Positions 53,271 through 64,000 of a stretch of 64,000 bases of DNA are shown piece after piece. The notes below the pieces were generated by a model, which saw nothing but the letters and a program-made list of their open reading frames with translations, ran no database searches and was not told the DNA's origin. Both the position numbers and the translations under genes were made by a program. Origin of the DNA: Lama guanicoe (Eukaryota); the NCBI GenBank assembly GCA_013239625.1, contig MU053557.1, positions 6,025,842 to 6,089,841 on the forward strand. The letters are read 5' to 3'. Numbering within the stretch: position 1 is the stretch's first letter; every line of letters starts with the position of its first letter.

Positions 53271-54969
53271 AACTGCTTCAAATAATGGAACCAATAGTAT
53301 ATAAACTCTTGACTCTTGATCTACATGCCGGAGAATCTATAAGTGGAGTCCTCAACAAATGGAATCATTCTCTGGAAGTTTCAGAGAAAGCCCTGTGGAG
53401 TTGAACAAAAGAGGCAGGGTAGGAGGCTGCTGGCCCTCTTCCTTTTTTCTTTAACAGGAAATATCTGTGAAGCATCCTGACACCGCCCACATACCGAGCA
53501 CAATGGAGAGAGACAGAGTCGGCAGGACTGGGGAGACCTACGTGTGTGAAGATGAAAGCATGAGACACCTGGAGGAGATGGTCTGAAGAACGGTGTGAAG
53601 ACTGAGTAACACTCTGAAGGGGATATGTTGAAAGGGTGAGCTGAGGTGTCTAGGGGAGACACGTGACGGGGAAAGGCGTTCCATGGCATATTTCTGTTAG
53701 GTTAGCAGATGGAATGCACGCATGAAGAGGGGACAGGGAAGCGTGTGGCAGAGTGGGCGCTATGAATCTGGGGTTAGAGTGATTTTAGAAACAATTTGAA
53801 GCCCCAAGTCTTACCCTCTGTTCACCTCTTAGAACAACAAAATACCTTGAATAAGAAAAACCATGATGGAAGACCCAGAGCTCCATTGCTGTGGCTCCCA
53901 GGTGACCACTTTTCCTTCCGGCCCTGGACTGCCGTAGGGCAAAATTCAGCTGAGTCTTATCCTCTTCCACGGATTCATATTATCATGCAGACTTGGCCCT
54001 TGGAAAGAGTCGACATCTTGTGTTCTAAGATGGGTCCCTTATAAGGCCATGTTGACCACTCCATTCATGCTTACAGCTCTCCTCACAAAGCCATCTGAGT
54101 CTAGTGGCCTATGACTGTTTCTCTTTCTCAAGGAAAAAACAGAAACAAAAAACCTTACCCAGGGTACTTTTTTCATGTCTGTCCTCCTTCTCACTGGAAC
54201 TTACCTGCCTTATGGAGCACAAGGATGGTCTTTGTGGTCTCCTCCTTACCAAGTAGGTCACACAGACCCACAGACGGGCTGTGTTTCTCTAAGAAGATGT
54301 CTGTTGGCTTGCGAATACCAGACAACCATGTCTGAAATTCCAGACACAAGAGAGCCCAGAGAACAGGGTGAGGCTGCCTATAACGGCCTTGACAACTAAA
54401 CCGCCAGTGGTTTAGAATCTTAAAAATCATAGCACCATGGAGACTGAATCACAGAATTTTGGGTCTGGGTGCCACGAGAAACCTCACATAATCTAACACC
54501 TTAACAACAACAACAAAATCCTTATTTACAAAAAAAAAATCCTTATTTACTGATTAGAAGTTTTTACCCATGTAGATTGTTTGTTTGAACTTGAACAAAG
54601 GGATAAGAGTGGAAATACCTTGTTTGGTTACCTGGTAAAAGCATAAAATAAACTTGAAACCCTGACATACCAGCAGCTATGGGTAAAAAGGAAAATTATT
54701 TGGTCATGAGAATCAGAAGCATTTACTGGATCAGGATTTGGAGATGCTGAAAGTGGATAATTGAAGGTAATTGAGGCGGGTTAAGGAGATCAACACAGCT
54801 ACTTCCTTTATCACTTCCCTTGAAATTTCTTCATAATTCAGACTTTCATTAATTTGCCTTTGAATTTAACATACAAGATATGAACTTTATCTTAACACAG
54901 CTACTACTTCTGAAATCAAGTTCTCATAATCCCCAGTCTGTAACAGCTTGCCTTGTTTATCTTCATGAC

Positions 54970-57750
54970 TTTGCAAAGACAATAGATACCTAAATATGAC
55001 ACCCAAAGCACAAGCAACAAAATGAAAAAATAGATAAATTGGATTTTATCAAAATTTTTATATTTTGTGCTTCAAAGGACACCATCAAGAAAGTGAATAA
55101 ATACAGATGAAAAAAAGGGAGAAAATTTTTTGTAAATTATATATGATAAGGAATATATAAAGAATACATAAAGAACTCCAATTGAAAAGAAAAATAACCC
55201 AATTTAAAAATAGATCTAGGATCTGGCCAAACACTTTTGTAAAGAAGACAAATGACCAAGAAGCACATGAAAATATGCTGAACATCATAAGCCATCAGGG
55301 AAATGCAAATCAAGATCGCAGTGAGATAACCATCTCATATCCACAAAGATGGCTATAACTGAAAAGAAGGACCACAGAAACTATTGGAAAGGCTGTATAG
55401 AAATTGGAAGCTTTACACGCTACTTTCCTGATAGAAATGCGAAAAAGTGCAACTGCTTTAGTAAACAGTCTGACATCTCCTCAAAAGATTAATTCACTTC
55501 TAGGTATACATCTGAGAGAAATGGAAACATATATCCACCCAAAAACTTGTACACAAATGTTTATAGCAGCATTATTCATAGTAGCCAAAATGTGGAAAGA
55601 ACTTAACTGTCCATAAACTGATGAATAGATAAAGAAAATCTGGCATATCCATACAACAGAATATTATTTGGCTATGAAGAGAAGTGACACACTAATACAT
55701 ATTACAACAGGGATGAACCCTGAAATACTACGCTAAGTGAAACAAACCAGCCACAAGGACCACATGCTGTAATGTTCCATTTACTAGGCTAGGCAAATCC
55801 AGAGTCTAAGTATATTGGTGGTTGTCTAGGGATGGGAGGGCTGGGGTGGTATGGAGAGTGACTGATAATGGGGACAGAGTTTCTTTGGGGGTGATGAAAA
55901 TGTTCTAAAATTGATTATGGTGATAGTTAAACCAATAATATATTAAAATATACTAAATATGTATACTAAAACCATTGAAATGTATACTTTAAGTGGGTGA
56001 ATTATGTCTGAATTAAATCTCAACAAAGCTGTTATACAAAAATGAAACCAAGATCTGGGTGTTGGGTGTGCTTATTATTGCTTTCGGAGTTTCACAGCTT
56101 CTAGGCTCTCCCAGCTGAAAGAGCAAAGAAATAGATGTGTTTATACTAATCTATGTATGCACACATGCCTGTAAATATCTGGATATATATACCCATTGGT
56201 AAGAACATTAAGCTAACCATGATTTCATACTGATGTCTCCAACTCTAATCCAATGTCACGTAGGTCATTCTAGCCTTCCCCACTTGTTTAATGGTAACCT
56301 CTCACTCTGACAGTGAGAAACCGGGCTCCCACCATCTGCCATTCATTTATTTAATTGTTCAGTTCCTGTATATGTGTATAATGGCTTCAGAATTATAAGC
56401 CCCATGGAAAATAACCTTTGTAACTAGAGTACAGTGTTTATGTATAGTTTATTTGCCTCTAGTCTTATTTCTCCACTCATTTCCAAGCTCATCAGGTCAA
56501 CACCCTTTCCTCTCACCCCCTGCAGTGAGGCTGTTTCATACATGTGTAGCATGGTCCAATCCTTTTATCAAAGTTTAAATTCCATCTTGAGGTCCCCCTA
56601 CTGCATAAATTACATTTTAATTGATACATTTAAAAAATGGAACATAGGTCCAAAGTTTGTGCTGTAAAGTTCTATGGGCTTTGACAATTTCATAGGATAA
56701 TGTATATCCATCATTATAGCATCACACAGAAGTTTCACACCCTAAAAATCACCTGTGCTTCGCTTATTCAACTCTCCCTTCACCAACAAACCCCTGAAAA
56801 CTGACACTTTTACTGTCTGTATAGCTTTTCCTTTTCCATGATGTCATATAAATGGAATCACACAGCATGTAGCCTTTTCAGATTGGCTCTTTTTATTTAG
56901 CAATATGCATTCAAGAATCATCCATCTTTTTGTGTGGCTTGATAGCTCATTTATTGTGTCACTGATTGGCTCTTTTATTTAGCAATATGCATTCAAGAAT
57001 CATCCATCTTTTTGTGTGGCTTGATAGCTCATTTATTGTGTCACTGGACATTATTTCATTGTATGGATGTACCAGTTATTTTTAATAGACAACTCTTTAG
57101 ATCAATTTCAGGTTCACAGCAAAATTGAACAGGAAGTACAGACTTCCCCTACACACATAGCCTTCTCTGCTACTAATATCCTACCAGAGTGGTACATTTG
57201 TTACAACTGATGAACCTACATGGACATATCATAATCACTCAAGGTCCATAGTTTACATTATGGTTTACTCTTGATGCTGTATATTCTACAGGTTTTTACA
57301 AATGTGTAATAACATGTATCCACCGTTATGGTATCACACAGAACAGTTTTACTGCCCTAAAAATTCTCAATGCTCTGCCAATGCATCCTTCCCTCCCCCT
57401 AACCCCTGGCAACCCCTGTCTCCTCACTTTCACCCTTTCCATAATGTCATAAGTTGGAATCATATAATCTTTTCAGACTGGTTTCTTTCACTTAGTTGTG
57501 TGCATTTCAAGTGCCTGTGTCTTTTCATGGCTTGATAGGTCATTTCTTTTTAGTGCTAAATAATATTCCAATGTCTTGATGTACCAGTTCTCTTCAATTT
57601 CTAGATCGTTTATCATGCATAGGGGCTGAATTTTGTTGAATACATTTTGTGCATCTATAGATATGACCTCATGCTTTTTCTGATTCAGTCTGTTAATAGG
57701 ATGAATTACACTGATTTATGAATGTTGAATCAGCCTTGTATTCTGGCTTG
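54970..57750. mobile_element. L1 fragments: sense 54970-56040, mainly antisense 56040-57750
   Basis: acccaaagcacaagcaacaaaa...aaatctcaacaaagctgtt; then cagagtggtacatttgttacaactgatgaacctaca...aaggtccatagtttacatta. Confidence 0.8.
56881..57045. repeat. Near-perfect tandem duplication (83 + 82 bp)
   Basis: gattggctctttt(t)atttagcaatatgc...ttattgtgtcact occurs twice head-to-tail, differing by one T. Confidence 0.95.
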
Positions 57751-59639
57751 CAGATATTATCTCGATTTCTCAGTGTTCTGGACAGAAGGAAAGGGCAGGA
57801 GGACACTGTGTCGTAAACTCTGGAGAGCAGGCTAACTCTGCTGCTTGTGCAAGTCTGTGACTTAGAACTCTGAGATCACACTCCCTGTTTAACAAGGAAT
57901 GAGCTTCTGTTTGCAGTGAAGGCACCAAGCAGCTATACTTAAGCTTGCCTCATATATTCATGGCTCTATAAGTGGCTGTTCTCCCCAGAGCCACTGAATA
58001 TAACTGTCAATTAGGACCAGTTGCCCTCTGGTACTACGGAAATCAGTTTTTGTCATTCAAGTTTTAAAAGCTCTCTGGACACCTGGGGAAGTTGTATAGC
58101 TCAGTGGTTGAAAGTGCAAGACTGAGTTCTGGCTTCCAGTTCTTCTAGGTATATACCTAGAAGTGGGAATGCTGGATCACATGGTAATTCTGTGTTTAAT
58201 TTTTTGAGGAACTACTGTATTGTTTTCCACAGTGACTGATGACCTACAGTTTTAAGTTCAGACTTTCTAATATAGCAGAAAGAAAAAGAAAACAACCAGA
58301 AGTAGAACGGACCTTCCCTTGTGGAGCCAGATACACATACTCCCGTTAGAGACTGAAAACAGGATCGTCCCTCTCATTGATCTGAGAGTATTATTTTTAT
58401 ATAATTTAAATTTTGTTTTAAGTAGCAATTAGCAGAAATCTTGAAAGGTATAGTCTTCATGCTCTGCCATCCATTAAGTGGCCCTTGAGTGCTGGATCTT
58501 TGAGAAATGCTGGGTAAACACTGAACAAATGTGCATCCAACTCATTTGCCACCCCCTCCAGGAACTTTCCCAACCCCCTGACCCCCAGGAGGTTCTTTCT
58601 GTCCCCTCAGCTCCAAAGGTGCCCCTGGGCTTCAATGCTTACCACACTTATCCTCTTCACACTCCCGTGCTCCTCCAGCCTAGACTGTGAGCCCTAGAGG
58701 AGAGACTTGTCGGTCCTCGTATCCATCTAGGCCTGGACAGTTCTAGGATTTTGTCTAGGCTGTGGTCCTGCCAGGGGCTGGGAACAAAAGGTCGGGTTCA
58801 GGACTTCAGATCAGCCTGTACAGGAACAGTGGGTGCGCAACTCCCATCAGCCCACTTCTGAGAGGCTCCCAGAACGCCAGCCCCAGATGCTTTATTCCCA
58901 TTGGCTTGCTATTCCCACCTTCTCCTGCCCAGGCGCTGTGCATGCAGCAGGCCCAAGGAGCAGATATTGGTCTGTTATCATTTGACTGTTGACACTGCCT
59001 CTCAGTGGGGTCCACATATCTGGGGCTGACTTCAACATGTGCTACCGTGCATTGCGTGGAGCATGAAATATTTTTAGAACGCATGACTCAGACTACTCCC
59101 TGACTCAGACTGGCCTGTCACAACAGGTAACTAAGGAATTTCTTATTTCACAGCTAATTGCCCCCACAATTAAGTATTTCTAATTGCAATAATGTTCAAT
59201 GTTAAAAACTCAGACATACAACTATAGAGAAGGTGAAAAGCAACTGAGTTTCACTACCAACATAAGCACCATTAACATTTAATGTAACATTAATGTATAT
59301 GTGTATAGACACTTACAAAAATGGCACATAGTGTGCATGTTTATAACTAAGTTTTTACTTAGCTCTACACCACAGACATCTGTTTCATTATATTCAAATG
59401 GCTCGATGATTTCCGCCTGTGTGCATCTATGTTTACCCAAACTCTTATTTGAAGGCCTGGTTTGTTTTCAGTTTTTCAGTAATATAAATAATGCTGAGAT
59501 AAACCTCTGGCTCCTAGATTATTTATATGGACTGATTTTAATATGCAATTTGAATTTTACCACAAGGGGGAAGCAGGCTACTGTGAGAAGACAATCTAAG
59601 ATTAAAAAAAAAAAAAACTAGAAAGTTCTTTGGCATACA

Positions 59640-62600
59640 TAAGCTCATGCCAAACTTGTGAGGTGGGGAGCACTGTTGTCCCCATTTGATGGATAAGGAA
59701 ACTGGGAATGGGGAGACTAAGTGACATGTACAGAGACACCCACCAGGGAGGGCCAAGGTGGAGCTGAATCTGTCTTGAGACTCCAGGCAGCTGGCTCTCT
59801 TCTCTTCACAGCACTTCCGGGTTGACAGCAGTGCAGCATTCTTTTTACATTCCATTCCGTTCCAGGCACTGTGCTGGGGATCCTATGCGACATGCAGAAG
59901 TGACCCCTGAGGGTTCATTATCCCTGTGTGAGGTGTGAGGACAAACATAAGTAACTGAATGACTAAGTAAATGCCCACTAGATCAGAGAGCGCCCAGGAA
60001 GGCAGGAAAGTCCCTTTGACACTGAGACTGGGCATGGCTTTAGAAGAGAAGCGTGAATGATGCGAATAAGCACTAAGGTCTATTTAGCATTCACTGTAGG
60101 AGGCACTGTACTCAGTGCTTTATACGCATAATCTCATTAAAAGGTCCCCATAGACCTGGAAGGTGTACTATCCTTTTACAGGGAAGAAAATTGATGGTCA
60201 GAAAAGTTAAGAAACTGCTATTTGTGACAGAACACTGGAACCCACATCCTTAATGTCTCTTCGGCAGGACCTAGAGCCCCCATGGGCAGAGCTAGCAGAG
60301 AGACGTCTAGGAGAGGAAACACAGAAACAAAGTTTTGGAGGCAAGAAATACAGGCACATTGGGGAATGCAAAGGAGTCGGTGTGCCTGGAGTGTGAAAGA
60401 GGAGGGATCTGACGAGATAAAAACTAGAGGGAGAAAACTGAGCCAGACTGGAGAAGTCTGTGAGGAGTAAGCCAATGAGAGCCTACTGTGCTTTGTATTC
60501 AGGGAGGAAGCCAACCAAAGAAAGTGACATCACCAGTGCTTTATGACGATTAATTGGGTGTGTTGCATGAGGGAACAAAGAGACTATTAGGGGATTGTTC
60601 AAATAATCCTGGTAAAAGATAACCAGAGAAAAAAATGAGAGCTGCAAACATTATTGAGATGAACACCACAAGATCTGACATCTCATTAGACGCTGGGGAG
60701 AGAGGACAGAATGATGATTATGGTTTCCATGTTTGGGCAACTGGGAGAATTTGAGTGTGTACACCCAGGAGAGGGGCTGCAGGGAGGGGAGAGACAAGGT
60801 CACTTTTCTTATACGAGACTGAGGAACCTGAGAGACCGCTGGGTAGAGATGTTCTGAAGGAAGCTGGTGATTTAGAGGTGGTACCCGAGAATCAGAAGAA
60901 ATGACTGGGAGCTGGCCAGGGAGAATCTCTACTTAAGATTCAACAGAAGATGTTCATACCCTGATAACCTGTAATTCCATCACCAGGTTTCTGTTGTAGA
61001 AAAATAAATTCACATGTGCACAAGAAAGTGTGTAAAGGATGTTCACAGAAGCATTGTTTGTAGCAGTGCAAGTCAGGCTGAGAGGAGGAGTGAGTAAATA
61101 AACCATAAAACATCCACATTGTGCAGTGGTTAAAAATTAAGTAGATTTAAAAAAGCTAACATGGACAGATCTCCAACATATATAGTGGGTGAGAAAAGCA
61201 TGTTGTAGCACAATGATAATGTGCAACACTACTTACGAAAAAAAGAAGGAAAAAAGCCAAACAAAAAAATGCCATCACATATATTTTACATGATGTGGGT
61301 GTGGGGGTGTGTGTGCACAGAGAAAATTCTGGGAGGATAAACATACTGTTAATTATGCTGGAGAAGAGCTGTGACAAATATGAAGAGCAGAAGGGATGAA
61401 ATGGGATTTTAGCCTTAGATGCCAAGTTTTAATTTTGTAAGAAGAATGTAATCATAATTACTTATGTGGATAAAAATTTCCAAACTGTTAAAAAAAAAAA
61501 GTATAGAGATTCAATGGGAATAAGAGAGGATGGAAGAGACAGGGACATATTCCAAGGCTCCGGGTAAAGCAGTATCATTGGGAACCCTGGGAGAAGTTTC
61601 TGGAAGTGCAAAGCGGAGGGGGGATCACAACACTCCCCAGCCCTGCAGAGGCAGCCCGCAGGATGAGCCTTGTGAGCTCAGCTAGTTTTCAACACCTTTC
61701 AATTATAGCCACAAGCCTCTGTGTCCTTGAAAGGTCACCATGTCCCACCAGTAGCCTTGGAATGAGGCAGTGTTTGTTCTGTTCTTTTTCTGAGTTGTAA
61801 ATATCCTGTGACTTTTCATCCAACTCTTGTTTGCACATGCCCTCCCTTTCCCAGAAATTCCAGCGTTCTTGGTGTTTTCATTCCAGTCCTTCAAGCTGCC
61901 CGTGAAATCCACTTCCTCTCGTTCCAGTCCCAGCCAATTCCTGCCTCATCTCTTGTCTCCCATTCAAAAACATTCCCTCTTCAGGTCCCTTGTAAGAACA
62001 TTTACGGAATTTCTCAAGACACAGCCGGCGTAGGTGTCGCTAACACCGAGCCCATAGAGGGGCCAGGCACGGTGCTAAACTTCATAGAAAGTATCTCATT
62101 AAAGCCTTCCAACAACCTAGTAGGCCAATACGATTATAACCCTCATTTCAGGCTCAGCGTGTGGTGGTAAGGAGCTGGTGGGTGAGTGTGTGGGGGTCTC
62201 ACTATTCGAGTTTGTCCTGAGTGAATGAATGGGGGGCAGGGAGACTGGGGGGTGTAAGGGACTGGACGAAGGAACAACTTCCAGGTGCTGAGGTGGGAGT
62301 TCCAATTTGCCAAGTGCATTTATAGCCATGATTTCATTCGGTGTCACCACAGTGATCTAATGATGGGGGTCATTAAGGAAAATAGTGAGATGAGTCAAGC
62401 TTTAATTCCCTTAAAGTGGCGACCCTTGGGTCAAGGGCGCCCAGGGCCTATTAACCCATCCTGCAGCCTTGAGCAAGTCTGCAGGGGGTGGACGCAGACA
62501 GAATGCATGCTGGCTGTGGCTTCTCTTGGCCCAGCTCTTAAGGATTGCCAAATTCCTAGCAGCCACTCCTCCCAGGCTGGGAACTCTTGGCCAGACACCC

Positions 62601-63740
62601 CCTGTTCTCCTAGCCTGCCCATCCCAGGAGATAAACTAAGTGGCAGAGGACCCAGTTTCCTGGGGTTAATAAACAGGCTGTTTATAGCCAGAAGCAGTCA
62701 TGGGGCAGGAACACACAGGCTGGGAGGTCACGCTCCTTCTGAATGTTGAGGTTTCTCATAAACATTCCCCCAAGGAGCCTTCTGGGACACAGGCACAACT
62801 CTGGGCCGGGCCCCCGCCCCTCGTGTCCTCCTCTTTTCTCCCCACTCTCCTCTTTCCTTTCTCCTGTCGCTCCTTTCTTTTCTTCTATAATGGAAAGAGG
62901 AGACATTTCCACAGTAGACACACTTGATAACTTCGGGCAGGTAATCCATGCCTCTGAGTCCCAGCTCCCTCCCTTGTAATACAGGGTAATGACAGGGCCC
63001 TCCCTGCAGGGTGTATAGGAAGGTGCATATTTAAAACGTTGTTGTCTTTCCCTGTACCCGCTCCACTCCATCCCTTGTCCCTAATCCTGGCCCTGCCCTT
63101 TTCCGTTTCTGTTTTTCTGCTCCAGTCCTGCCCCCACCTCCAGCCCGGGCACTTCCACCCCGTCTGACTGTGCTTCTGCTGCCTGAAAGGGTGGGACGGG
63201 CAGCCAGGCTTAGCTCTGAGGAGGGCTGACCACTGCGGGGCCCGCCCAGCCAGCCCAGCCCTGGCACTAACCCATAAGGCCACACCCTCGTCTCTCTGCT
63301 TTTAGTAAAACAAAAAAATTCTCACAGGATTTGGGGGTGGAGGGAGGAAATAGAAAGGGAGAGGCCAAGATATTTTACCCTTTGGCTCATTTTTGCCCTC
63401 AGTATGACTCTTCTGGTGGCTTAACGGCTGGAGATCATTGTGTACATTGCTGTGTGACTTTGGGCATGTCCCCTTCACTCTCTGAACTCAGTACAGTGTG
63501 GGATAGACGTGGAGAGTGCGGGCCCTGGAGCCAGGTTGTCTGAGATGGAACTCCATCTCCACCACTTACTAGCTTGGGTTACTAACCATTCTATACCCTA
63601 GTTTCCTCCATTTTAATATGGAATTTATATGTATTTTACAGGGCTGTTATGAGGATTAAATAAATTTGTCTGTTAAAACACTTAGAGCAGAGCCTAGCCC
63701 ATACAAGGCACTCGGTTCATCTTAGCTATTATATGTCAAT
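59640..63740. mobile_element. Scattered MIR/L2 fragments in a GC-richer region
   Basis: e.g. ccccatttgatggataaggaaactggg (59680), tgtgactttgggcatgtc...ctctctgaactcagt (63455), gggctgttatgaggattaaataa...aaacacttagagcagagcct (63640). Confidence 0.6.
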
Positions 63741-64000
63741 GGAGAGGCAGAGCAGGGGTCTGTGTGCACGTGGGAGAGCTGGACATCCTCTCAGGGTACC
63801 CCAGAGTCCTGAAACCCCACATTCCTCCTCTTTGCTGACCTCTGGTCAGAGGTCGGAATCTTGTACACAAAGTACTTGGCTGTCCCAGAGAGACCGCAGG
63901 AAACTAGTCAAAAGGCTTTCCAAGTCAGATGGAACCCTTAGAGGTTAACTGGTCCAATTTCTCCCGGTGCAGAAAGGGCAGGAAGGACCAGAGAGACCGC

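Noticed and set aside
61606..63948. Many 60-150 aa ORFs near the window end; possible GPX3 exon 1
   Set aside because: No signal-peptide or peroxidase sequence recognised; the ORFs overlap in all frames, as expected in GC-richer non-coding DNA.

Overview
Mammalian, repeat-rich genomic DNA. It is most likely camelid, judged from the tRNA-derived vic-1-like SINEs. The only intact protein-coding gene is the KRAB-C2H2 gene ZNF300 on the minus strand: CpG-island promoter at ~24.2-24.5 kb, four coding exons (22577-22563, 18097-17971, 17739-17644, 16443-14885), 598 aa, 12 fingers. A second, divergently oriented KRAB-ZNF locus on the plus strand has a CpG island at ~42.5-43.1 kb and exons at 44.9-48.8 kb. 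Its splice sites and KRAB exons are intact, but its zinc-finger array is destroyed. Between the two lies a nested retroelement stack (33.5-42.1 kb): L1, then a processed PPP1R12A (MYPT1) pseudogene, an unusual betaretrovirus-like provirus inserted in its 3' UTR, a truncated L1, and a gammaretrovirus-like pol/env/LTR remnant carrying a probable solo LTR. The betaretrovirus-like provirus has a dUTPase, a tRNA-Trp-like PBS and a single LTR, yet a perfect 6-bp target-site duplication. The rest is L1, L2, MIR, MaLR and DNA-transposon fossils, with a GC-richer end that may be GPX3-upstream sequence (inferred from human synteny only). I see no convincing wholly new multi-gene system. The best leads are the aberrant provirus, a possible KRAB-only product and lineage differences in ZNF300 splicing. 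Comparisons with human proteins are from memory, and repeat boundaries are approximate.
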